Assembly: GCA_028712895.1 (NCBI GenBank)
Contig: JAQTPL010000001.1
Location: 3,681-67,680, forward strand
Source of the DNA: a bacterium
GTDB lineage: Bacteria > CAYTYR01 > UBA6262
DNA length: 64,000 bases
Direction: 5' to 3'
Of this stretch, positions 8,385-16,966 are shown piece after piece (within the stretch, counting starts at the first letter, position 1; the number at the start of each line of letters is the position of its first letter). Both the position numbers and the translations under genes were made by a program. The notes under the pieces were generated by a model. It was not told the DNA's origin and did no database searches. It was given only the letters and a program-made list of their open reading frames with translations.

Positions 8385-9683
8385 TTATAAAGCCTCATCA
8401 AGAGTCTGGAATAGTGCTTTCCCAATTTTATCAACTACACCAACAACTAATGCATTTCCCATAAAAAAGGCACGTCTTGAATCAGGGACACCTTTTGTAT
8501 GATTAACCGGGAACATATTTAATTTTTCAAGCTCAATCGGAGTAAGCCGTCTATATTTACCAATCTTAGTTTTAATTACATGCTTAAATCTTGATGGTGT
8601 GGCTCCTCCCTCGCCCGTAATGATAGTCCTGGAAGGCTTATCAAGAAGATCTGGGAAAGACATCGAGCCTTCAGAATAATTGTATTCAAAACCTCCTGAG
8701 CTTTTTCGTAGTTCTTTTTTTGCACCTTTAAGATATTTCCATCTTGGGATATCCTTTTCGTCAATATAGTACTCTAGAGGCACTTCACTCTCTTTTTGTA
8801 ATATTTGTCCTAGCGTTTGCCTTTCCCCTGAATATTTTGGTGCAGTATGAATAGTGAATACTTCCCTATCTTTCATGATCCCTGTGTTCTGAAATGGTGA
8901 CATATTACGATCACCTTTAAAAACACCTGATATTTCAAATAAGTCTCCTTCCAATTTAAAAAATCCTTCGTTTATAGGTATGTCAGTTTTATTTTGGATA
9001 ATTGGGAAAGCCTTGGTAATAGGTCCATCTGATAAAAACCAATAAGCAAGATGCTCTCGTTCTATAATTCTTTTATAAATCTCTGAACCTTTTTTATATG
9101 CTAGTATATATACTCGCCTTCTTCTTTGTGGCATTCCATAGTCTGCAGCATTTATTACGCGCCATTCTACTATATATCCTAGGTCAGACAAGGAAGCTAA
9201 CATTATTCCAAAATCACGGCCTCGCTGTTTTGCAGGTGATTTTAGTAGTCTATCTACATTTTCTAAGAAGAGATAGTTTGGTGAATGTTGTCCTTTCTCT
9301 TTTAAAATTCTATGAATTTGCCACCACAGGACACCTTTTTTCCCTACAAGGCCCTCAGCCTTACTTAAAGTGCGCGCCACCGAATAATCCTGACATGGGA
9401 ACCCACCTACAAGCAAATCATGGTCAGGTATATCATTAATTGATACTTTTGTTATATCCTCATTAGAATGCCCCTTACTACTAAACCGCAATTTATAAAT
9501 ATCAGACGCGTGTTGCTGTTTTGTCGTCGGTTCCCATTGATTGCTCCAAACAACCTCATAATTTCCTTCGTTTTTCTTGCCAGGCTCTCCTTCTAGGCCA
9601 AGCCTAAAACCACCTACCCCTGCAAATAATTCTATTACCTTCAAAGGCTTTCCTTTTGTCATATAACAAGTCTCCATAATCAA
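8385..9683 (-). CDS. dcm: DNA (cytosine-5)-methyltransferase
   Basis: Motif I is LKVIELFAGVGGFRLGLE, motif IV is GGFPCQDYSVA, motif VI is FLENV, and motif X is GNALVVGVVDKI near the C-terminus. The true start is probably at MTKGKPLKV. Confidence 0.85.
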   Translation of the reverse strand: MIMETCYMTKGKPLKVIELFAGVGGFRLGLEGEPGKKNEGNYEVVWSNQWEPTTKQQHASDIYKLRFSSKGHSNEDITKVSINDIPDHDLLVGGFPCQDYSVARTLSKAEGLVGKKGVLWWQIHRILKEKGQHSPNYLFLENVDRLLKSPAKQRGRDFGIMLASLSDLGYIVEWRVINAADYGMPQRRRRVYILAYKKGSEIYKRIIEREHLAYWFLSDGPITKAFPIIQNKTDIPINEGFFKLEGDLFEISGVFKGDRNMSPFQNTGIMKDREVFTIHTAPKYSGERQTLGQILQKESEVPLEYYIDEKDIPRWKYLKGAKKELRKSSGGFEYNYSEGSMSFPDLLDKPSRTIITGEGGATPSRFKHVIKTKIGKYRRLTPIELEKLNMFPVNHTKGVPDSRRAFFMGNALVVGVVDKIGKALFQTLDEAL

Positions 9684-9700
9684 ATAATTAATAATGCTTT

Positions 9701-10561
9701 CTACTTATTTCCAATATAGAATATCTTGATGAGGTCCTCTGTTGAGATAGGTGATACCCCTCGTCCTCTAGCGAATCCATCTATGAATTTACCTATCATG
9801 ATTTGATTATCCTCAATTAAAAAAGCTAAAAATGCAATAAATGTAAGGACTGTATTTATTCTGCCTGTGTTACGAAGCCAATCTGGTTTTTTTTCTTTCT
9901 CTTGAGCTTTTTTTATGGTTCTATAGAAATACTTGCAGTCTTCATTCCATGCGATTAATTCAATATAATATAATAAAGCTTCAAATGACATATCTGCAAT
10001 TTGAGGTATAATTTTTGAAAATTGTTCATAAGCCTTTTGAGGTGGTATATATTCATAAAATGGCTCCATATATTTTGAACCTTCATTTTCTTGCATTGCC
10101 CCATATAAATAAGTAATATCCCTACTATCACATGCACATTCTTCATTTGCCTTTTTAGTATGATCACACATATATGCCATTCTATATAACATAACACCAA
10201 ATAATCTTATAAGCTCCTTTTTTGACTCATCGCATTCCTTCAGTTCTTGATACATTTTGCCTGCAATATTGCCAAACGATAAATTATCCATTCTTTTTTT
10301 ATCAAGCGTGATTAACTCTGGTCTAAAATCCCATGGCCGGGATGATGCTCTTTCTGCCTCTTTTCCTGGATATTGAATCCTTAAACTCTCGTTCTTTTTA
10401 GTAAACTTTATTAATATTTGCTTCTCTTTCTTTCCATAAATCAACCCTACTCTTGGTAAATCTCTAACCCATAAAATATTGTATTTTCGTTTTTCTGTAG
10501 ATGGTGCTCTTATTCCACTACTTTCTAAGTTAGTAGGCAAGATATCCCGAACATTAAGCAT
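9701..10561 (-). CDS. putative type II restriction endonuclease partner of the C5-MTase (no recognisable family)
   Basis: The 286-aa AT-rich ORF sits 17 nt upstream of the MTase in the same orientation. The call rests on position alone. Confidence 0.35.
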   Translation of the reverse strand: MLNVRDILPTNLESSGIRAPSTEKRKYNILWVRDLPRVGLIYGKKEKQILIKFTKKNESLRIQYPGKEAERASSRPWDFRPELITLDKKRMDNLSFGNIAGKMYQELKECDESKKELIRLFGVMLYRMAYMCDHTKKANEECACDSRDITYLYGAMQENEGSKYMEPFYEYIPPQKAYEQFSKIIPQIADMSFEALLYYIELIAWNEDCKYFYRTIKKAQEKEKKPDWLRNTGRINTVLTFIAFLAFLIEDNQIMIGKFIDGFARGRGVSPISTEDLIKIFYIGNK

Positions 10562-10873
10562 TTAATACTCCTCACCGTTTTTAATTAGCAGATTTAAGTG
10601 GTTTCATTTTTTTACTGCCCCATACACTGTACCTAATTGTATTCTACGCCAAAGTACATCGATATACTTGAAGCCGGCGGATTGCAGTGAAACCCAACGG
10701 GGTCAGCCCTTGAAATGTGAAATGATTCCCATGACTGTCAGTTCCAAACCGTAAACCCTCTGCTGTTAGATTCGTAATTAATTTTGACCCATTTCCCATC
10801 TACGCGGTGTAGAATCTGGGGACATAATACTCATTCTACTTAATTAGTATTGCCTTCCCGGAATTCCCAAGGA

Positions 10874-11590
10874 TTACACCATTGCTTTTATGTGAGAATC
10901 TACTATTCTTTCTCCTAATAGCTCTATAGCTTTCCTGGCAATTTCAATATCCATTGGAATCTTTTCAATAACACTTCTCTTAAATGACAAACCGAATCTC
11001 ATCCCCCCATTTGTTTCTATAGAAATAGCAATTGTTTTAGTTAAAAAATACTTTACTATCATAGCCAAACATAACACCCATCCAATTAAAGGTATAATAT
11101 CTGTAAAAATGATTCTATGCCAATTGCTTAATAGGTCAATTTGCATTGTATAAATATTATAATATCTCTGAAATAAGTTATATCCTATGCTTAATATCGC
11201 TATTATTGGCCCTATAATAATGAACTGTACTGGTTTTATAAATCCGCAACTAGCGCTTGCTACAGATTTAAGTGACACAACATGATTCACTTCACAAAAA
11301 AAGCTTTTACTTTTAAAACTAATTTCCTTATTTGTAACTAACAGCTGCGTTACCATATCAAATTTAAGCAATGTTAATAACCATGAAAATATACCGGGAT
11401 GTCTTCCTTTAATTTCTATTATTATATTCGATTCTACAGAAGGCGTGTCGTTTATCTTAAATTTCTTTAGAACAAATACTTTCCCAGGAAAGTTAAATTG
11501 ACTACTAGCTTTTTTAGCTAACCAGAATCCAATTATTAAGACTATTACTCCTATTGATATCAATACAATTAAATAAGTTTGTCCGTACAT
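10874..11590 (-). CDS. hypothetical membrane protein (238 aa)
   Basis: It has an N-terminal TM helix and further hydrophobic segments. It is AT-rich and flanked by REP-like repeats. Confidence 0.45.
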   Translation of the reverse strand: MYGQTYLIVLISIGVIVLIIGFWLAKKASSQFNFPGKVFVLKKFKINDTPSVESNIIIEIKGRHPGIFSWLLTLLKFDMVTQLLVTNKEISFKSKSFFCEVNHVVSLKSVASASCGFIKPVQFIIIGPIIAILSIGYNLFQRYYNIYTMQIDLLSNWHRIIFTDIIPLIGWVLCLAMIVKYFLTKTIAISIETNGGMRFGLSFKRSVIEKIPMDIEIARKAIELLGERIVDSHIKAMV

Positions 11591-11701
11591 TTGATTCTCC
11601 TTTCTAATTATTTGAAATCATAAATAACGAAAACAACGGGGTCAGCCCTTGAAACTTGAATCCGTAACCCTATTTTCCACTTCGGAAGTGGAAAGACGGT
11701 T

Positions 11702-11953
11702 CTATTCTAGCAGAAGAGCCTTAATCTCCGCAAGTTTCCTTTGATAATCAATTCTATCTTCAACAAAAGGCTTATATGTTTCCGGATCAATCTCCAGTAG
11801 TTCCGTAAATTCACAAATCTTAGGCTTATTATACGAAATAAACTCTTGGTACGATGATGAATGCCAGGAATTAGGATGTTCCACTAAATTTGCCGTGGCT
11901 GGATTTAAATGGATATACCTGGTCAAATGTAAGAGCTGGGCATCTGTCTCCAC
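11702..11953 (-). pseudogene. truncated RAYT/IS200-like transposase (C-terminal 83 aa only)
   Basis: QLLHLTRYIHLNPATANLVEHPNSW...YQRKLAEIKALL aligns at about 50% identity with the C-terminus of the full-length RAYT at 12089..12745. The HuH N-terminal half is absent. Confidence 0.6.
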
Positions 11954-11983
11954 TAAAACATTTTTGAACTTGACCTAATAATT

Positions 11984-12082
11984 GGGGTCAGGGCTAAACT
12001 ATCAACAAAAACTTCCCCCCGTACACCCTATCAGACACTCCTCCACCCCGTAGACCCTTTCAGACACCGCGTAGGTGTCCGG
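11984..12082. repeat. REP-like composite repeat (copy B), inverted relative to copy A with a 42-nt internal duplication
   Basis: This is the reverse complement of 3435-3512, apart from an inserted partial repeat (ccgtacaccctatcagacac...). Confidence 0.7.
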
Positions 12083-12088
12083 AGGGGT

Positions 12089-12745
12089 TCATGATTCTAA
12101 AATAAGATGCTTTATCTGTGCCAGCTCTCTTTGATATCCTACGCGATCTTTTACAAAAGATGTATAATCCTCAGCTTTAATATCAACGACATCTGTAAAT
12201 CTGCAGAATGATTTGCTGTTACTAATGCCAGTATATTCTTGATAAGAAGAATTTATCCACTCTTTTGGATCATTTACGATGAAAGATGTCACCGGATTCA
12301 AATGTACATATCTGGTCAGGTGCAATAATTGAGTGTCATCCTTAACCAGGACATTCTTAAATCTGCTCTCCCATAATGGACCCTTCCGTCCATGTTTTTT
12401 ATTGAAATATTTGGTATAGCTATTTAGAATATTATTCATGAACTTAGAAATACCTTCATCCTTTGTTTGTTTCAATATAAGATGCAGATGTGTAGGCATT
12501 AGACAATAAGCAATTGTTTCAACAGACTCTTCTTCGGCAGAGATTTGATCATTAAGTATTCTCTGCTTAGGCTCGGAGAGTTCTAGGAACTTAGCGAACC
12601 TTATTGCTGGTTTTTCCGCATGATAATAGCGGATCACTTCTATCATTCTGTTAAATTCTTCCTGGTCATTGAAAATCACATACCCGGCAATACTTTTCGT
12701 AAAAACATGGTAAACCTGCCCATTTGCCAGCGCTTCTTTTCTCAT
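12089..12745 (-). CDS. REP-associated tyrosine transposase (RAYT) / IS200-like TnpA
   Basis: The HuH motif is CLMPTHLHLIL and the catalytic Tyr region is LHLTRYVHLNPV. The protein is 218 aa. Confidence 0.8.
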   Translation of the reverse strand: MRKEALANGQVYHVFTKSIAGYVIFNDQEEFNRMIEVIRYYHAEKPAIRFAKFLELSEPKQRILNDQISAEEESVETIAYCLMPTHLHLILKQTKDEGISKFMNNILNSYTKYFNKKHGRKGPLWESRFKNVLVKDDTQLLHLTRYVHLNPVTSFIVNDPKEWINSSYQEYTGISNSKSFCRFTDVVDIKAEDYTSFVKDRVGYQRELAQIKHLILES

Positions 12746-12940
12746 TTATTAGTTTACATCCGCATCTATTATTCTTAAACCCTTTCAGACACCTATCCTC
12801 CACTAAAACGTTGGCGAACTCCCAAGGGTCGCGCGGTGTCTTAAGGGTTAATCTACAAGGTTGACAGTTTGCTATTATGAGCTATCCGGAATTCCCGGAT
12901 AACTCAAAACACCATGTGCAAAAATTGCACATACTTGATT

Positions 12941-13408
12941 TTATAATCTAAAATTAAGTTCTAGTTGCGGATTTTCCTTCTTAACTTCTATCAAGATTTG
13001 CTTCAATAGTTGTATGCCATCTTTAAAAGCCTTATGGCTCTCTTTTTTGCTCACTAATATGCCGGCTTCATAGGTCATTTCGTTTCTTTTCCTGCGCATA
13101 GTCTCGAATTGGTCAGTGATATCTCTGTAACGTTTCCCCAATATGGCACTGGTTATTTCTACCACAGTTCGATGTTGTGCTCCATCATCAGGAACATACC
13201 CGTTGCTCAATAATAAAGCTCTACCTGCCTTGAGCATGGCCATATACGCCATAACATAAGTTGCCCGTTCGGCAATCGGTAATGTCTTTTGCGCTTCCTG
13301 CAAATCCAATATTGATTGTTTCAGTAACGCCTCTATCTGAACTATACCGGCCTTCTGTTTTCTTAATTTTCCTTCCTTAAGCAGCCTTTCTATGAGTTTT
13401 TGCGGCAT
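12941..13408 (-). CDS. HEPN domain protein (partner of the adjacent nucleotidyltransferase)
   Basis: It carries a PF05168-like LKAGRALLLSNGYVPDDGAQH motif. It overlaps the MNT gene by 32 nt. Confidence 0.55.
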   Translation of the reverse strand: MPQKLIERLLKEGKLRKQKAGIVQIEALLKQSILDLQEAQKTLPIAERATYVMAYMAMLKAGRALLLSNGYVPDDGAQHRTVVEITSAILGKRYRDITDQFETMRRKRNEMTYEAGILVSKKESHKAFKDGIQLLKQILIEVKKENPQLELNFRL

Positions 13409-13964
13409 TTACCTCCCCTTTCAGTATTATTATTTTCCCGTTAGTGATCAGGTTAAGAAAACTGCCAGATTTAGCTGTTTCTTTCTTAAATTCGTCTTTA
13501 TCATAATGGGTGAAATTGATTTCGCGACCTATTTTGGATTCTAAATTGCGGACCTTGCGGGTGAATTCGTCCAAGGGGAATTGTCCAACTACTAATAGAT
13601 CTATATCCGAGGATTTATTTTCGTTTTCTTTGGCATATGAGCCATATATGAAAGCCAGGGATATACCTTTATATTTTGCTATTATATTTCTTAATGATCC
13701 CTCTATACCTTCTGTCTTGAAGATTATCTCTTTAATTTCTTTGTATAAAGGGTATTCTTTGCTGAGGGAATAATATTTTGAATTGCCGCGGATGAACGAT
13801 TTGAAAAGGCCTTCTTTTTCCAGCTTATTCAGCTCCCTGGATAAATTACCGGGGTCGTCATTGATAATGGCTGCTATTTCCCGGACATAATAATTCTCAT
13901 CAGGATGGCTAAAGAAATAGGTTAAAACGCTCTTTCTCAATTTGGTGTTGATAAGTATAGACAA
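13377..13964 (-). CDS. nucleotidyltransferase (MNT) with N-terminal wHTH
   Basis: It has the signature GSYAKENENKSSDIDLLVV (GS...DxD) and an N-terminal ArsR-like helix YYVREIAAIINDDPGNLSRELNKLEKEGL. Confidence 0.7.
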   Translation of the reverse strand: MSILINTKLRKSVLTYFFSHPDENYYVREIAAIINDDPGNLSRELNKLEKEGLFKSFIRGNSKYYSLSKEYPLYKEIKEIIFKTEGIEGSLRNIIAKYKGISLAFIYGSYAKENENKSSDIDLLVVGQFPLDEFTRKVRNLESKIGREINFTHYDKDEFKKETAKSGSFLNLITNGKIIILKGEVNAAKTHRKAA

Positions 13965-14159
13965 GCTTATATCCTCATATTGTATTTATTACATCATACG
14001 TTGTAAATAATACAACAGTCATGCTATTTTGTCAAGTTCTTCAGTCGGAAGAAACGGGGTTAGTCCTTGAAACTTGAAACTCTCTCCCCACCCAAAACTA
14101 CCCGCCAAGACCCTCCACCACCCTCCAATAAGCTTTGGCGGGCTAAAGAGCTATGGCGG

Positions 14160-14549
14160 TTATAATAGCCAGTACTCTTTAGGCGAAATAATCTTAATGC
14201 TTTTATACTGTTTTAATACAAGCAGATCCTTATCGCCAGTAATAATAACATCTATCCCATTAGCATCTGCATCTGCCAAGATATGATTATCATCCTTGTC
14301 CCGGCAGCAATCAGGGATGTTTTTCCCAGCAACACCTTCCTGGAAATGTTTTTCTATAAATACAGTCATATCCTTTATTATGGAAGCGGTAAACTTGAAT
14401 TTGGTCCTGAAATTATGGTGGAATTCTTTAAGGATATACTGGGTATAGAATACTTCGTGGGTGTTGACCGCGCTTTGAACTATGTCGTAACAGTTTCCAT
14501 TACTCAGGAAAGCCGCAATTAGGACATTGGTGTCAAAAAGGATCTTCAT
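14160..14549 (-). CDS. PIN-domain toxin (VapC-like)
   Basis: KILFDTNVLIAA places an Asp at position 6. DADANGIDVIITGDKDL supplies the C-terminal acidic residues. Confidence 0.7.
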   Translation of the reverse strand: MKILFDTNVLIAAFLSNGNCYDIVQSAVNTHEVFYTQYILKEFHHNFRTKFKFTASIIKDMTVFIEKHFQEGVAGKNIPDCCRDKDDNHILADADANGIDVIITGDKDLLVLKQYKSIKIISPKEYWLL

Positions 14550-14767
14550 GAGATCTTTTCCAGGATCTCATCTTCTGAAAGCACAATACCTCTCTTCGCT
14601 GCCTCCAGCATGGCTTTTTTGCGCAACTCATCAAATTCGGTCTTAAAAAAGTAATCCTTCAGGGCCTTGCGCACTACTTCACTGATATTGGCGTTTTCTT
14701 TCTTGCTATTATCTTTAAGCTTGCGGAGTATTGCGTCCGGCAGGCTTATGGATACACTGTTTCTCAT
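14546..14767 (-). CDS. ribbon-helix-helix (CopG-like) antitoxin
   Basis: The 73-aa ORF overlaps the PIN start by 4 nt. ISLPDAILRKLKD is a beta-strand followed by helices, as in RHH folds. Confidence 0.6.
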   Translation of the reverse strand: MRNSVSISLPDAILRKLKDNSKKENANISEVVRKALKDYFFKTEFDELRKKAMLEAAKRGIVLSEDEILEKIS

Positions 14768-14884
14768 ATTAATACCCTCCTGTATTACAATGTAGCACAG
14801 TATTGTCTATTTGTCAAGAAATAAACAATCATTTCGTTAATTATCTTTTTTGACTATTAGAATTTATCGAATAGTTGGTTACAA

Positions 14885-15199
14885 TTACTTCTTTTCTTTA
14901 AGTTTGGCTATGACATCGGCGGTTTTCATTAAATTCCTGCCTTCTTCGGTGACCACTAAATTAAAAAAGTCACATCGCATACAATTGCTGACCTTTCGGG
15001 CAAAAGAGCCCTGGATCTTGGAGTCACAAAAAGTCCCGGCGATCGCCCAGCAAACACGCCCGCCATTTATGCCGCCATGTACACCAAAGACACGAGTATT
15101 TGTGGCTGCCGGACATACGCCTAATTCATTAACCTTGCTGCCACCAGGCTCCCGGCCGCACCTTTTTAATTCCCAGCAGTTGATTTTCAATATTGGCAT
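14885..15199 (-). CDS. small cysteine-rich protein, paralog 1 (unknown family)
   Basis: The 104-aa protein has 7 Cys in the pattern NCWELKRCGRE...GVC...GVHGG.NGGRVCWAIAGTFC...NCMRC. It shares about 45% identity with 34140..34439. Confidence 0.55.
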   Translation of the reverse strand: MPILKINCWELKRCGREPGGSKVNELGVCPAATNTRVFGVHGGINGGRVCWAIAGTFCDSKIQGSFARKVSNCMRCDFFNLVVTEEGRNLMKTADVIAKLKEKK

Positions 15200-15289
15200 G
15201 TATAACCCTTTATTCCACTCTGAGGTGGACAGTTTGTTATTTAAGCTATCCAGAATGACTAAAGATTCATACCAAGGTGGCTAAGCTAA

Positions 15290-16549
15290 CTAATTATTCG
15301 CGGGAAATACGCTTTCGTAGAATTCTCTGGCCCTGGCTTGCTGCTGTTTTGTGCTGGCAGAGATATCCGCCAGGTTATGTTCCAGTACTTTGGCCACATT
15401 GTGGTCCAGCATGCCTTTTTCATCCAGGTTCTTGATAATGGCCATGGCTTCATCCAGGGTCATCCCTGCCCGATAAGGACGGTCCTCGGTCAAAGCGGTG
15501 AAGATGTCGGCTACAGCCATGATCCGCGAGATCATGCTTAATTTATTGGCCCGTAGATGGAACGGGTACCCGGACCCGTCGAGTTTTTCGTGGTGAAACG
15601 CGGCCCATTCAGCGATCTCTTCAAGTCCTTTTACTGTGCAAAGCGTCGTATAGGTGAAATAAGTGTGCTGTTTCATGATGGCAAATTCCTCGGTCGTAAG
15701 CTTATCCTGTTTTTCCAGGATAGTGTTGGGGACCATCAGTTTGCCCAGGTCATGCAGGTTGCCTGTTATTTCCATCAGTTCGATCTCCCATTCAGTCAAA
15801 CCGAAATATTTGGCAATGAGCCCGGCAGAGGTCGAGACCCCGGCTGAATGTGTCGAGGTGAACCTGGACCGGAAATCGATCAAGTTGCGGAATATTTTAG
15901 ATACTTCTTTCAGGTCCGAGAGGTCCAATACAACGCTTCTGTAGGTGGCCTCGCGGTAAAGGAGGGAATATATCCGGGGTGAAGTCACAGTCAGCCAAAA
16001 ATCTTCTCTCTTGGCGATATCTTTGAAAATATCGATTAAGCCAACCTGGATGTCAGTCGCAGCCAGCCGGGAGACTTGCTCGGCAATATTGCGGTCCTGG
16101 TGCAGAATGTATTTGGAGCGGTTGATGCTTCTTTCCACATAGTCTGCCAGGTTCAGTATTTGGGCTTGCGCAGTCAAAGGATTTTCAACTGTTTGTACCC
16201 AGTCCTGCCATTTGTGATGATGCAGCCTGATGATCTTCGCGGCATGCGCGAATACCGGTACGTCTTTGAGCAGGGATTCTCCCAGGATACAATGCGGCTC
16301 GGTCATGATCGTATCAGCCTCATGCAGATTGATCTTTTCTTCGGCAGTCAATGCCCCCACATCATGGATCAGGGCGGCGATCACCAGGTTTTCTATATCT
16401 TCCCTGCCCATACCGGTTTTTCTGGCAAGTTCCCAAGCGATATAGGCGGTCCTGATCTGGTGCTGCACAAGCTCCGGGCTGGCCAAGTCCAGGGCGTCGG
16501 AAAACGACAGGACCAGATTAAATAAATTGATGGATATTCCCCTATACAC
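15290..16549 (-). CDS. HD-GYP domain protein (tandem HD domains; c-di-GMP phosphodiesterase-like)
   Basis: The N-terminal HD is IAALIHDVGAL. The C-terminal HD-GYP is GNLHDLGKLMVP, HHEKLDGSGYP. Confidence 0.75.
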   Translation of the reverse strand: MYRGISINLFNLVLSFSDALDLASPELVQHQIRTAYIAWELARKTGMGREDIENLVIAALIHDVGALTAEEKINLHEADTIMTEPHCILGESLLKDVPVFAHAAKIIRLHHHKWQDWVQTVENPLTAQAQILNLADYVERSINRSKYILHQDRNIAEQVSRLAATDIQVGLIDIFKDIAKREDFWLTVTSPRIYSLLYREATYRSVVLDLSDLKEVSKIFRNLIDFRSRFTSTHSAGVSTSAGLIAKYFGLTEWEIELMEITGNLHDLGKLMVPNTILEKQDKLTTEEFAIMKQHTYFTYTTLCTVKGLEEIAEWAAFHHEKLDGSGYPFHLRANKLSMISRIMAVADIFTALTEDRPYRAGMTLDEAMAIIKNLDEKGMLDHNVAKVLEHNLADISASTKQQQARAREFYESVFPANN

Positions 16550-16578
16550 GAGTAGCCTCCTCTGTCCAGGATCCTGGC

Positions 16579-16956
16579 TTATTTTTTCAGTACCTTTTCA
16601 ATGGAGTGCATTATGATCAGTGCGCCCGGCAGTTGCAGGGTATATTTAAATCCCATATTTGCCAACCCTGTATAGAATACTGTATTCAGGCCCAACCAGG
16701 CAACAATTATTATTACTATTCCGCTAAAGGACAAGTTCCCCTTCCGGCTCAACAGGTAGGCTAACAGAGGTATGGGGAAAAAATAGGTCACGTAAGGCAG
16801 CAGATTTACAAAGCTGACCATGACCGACATCCAGATCGCCTGGCGCAACGGCTTGTCCACATCAAAGAAAAGAAACATGATCCATAAGCCGACAGTGGAC
16901 ACCGCTACCCCGGCCCAGAAATTAATGATATACGTGTGGATACTCGCGAACGGCAT
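16579..16956 (-). CDS. hypothetical small membrane protein
   Basis: The 125-aa ORF has four predicted TM helices. Confidence 0.4.
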   Translation of the reverse strand: MPFASIHTYIINFWAGVAVSTVGLWIMFLFFDVDKPLRQAIWMSVMVSFVNLLPYVTYFFPIPLLAYLLSRKGNLSFSGIVIIIVAWLGLNTVFYTGLANMGFKYTLQLPGALIIMHSIEKVLKK

Positions 16957-16966
16957 ACATTATCCT

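Larger units (their letters stand above)
11634..12850. mobile_element. RAYT (IS200-like) locus: full-length transposase, truncated second copy and flanking REP-like repeats
   Basis: The locus combines the CDS at 12089..12745, the fragment at 11702..11953, and repeats at 11634-11659, 11984-12082 and 12779-12850. Confidence 0.5.
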
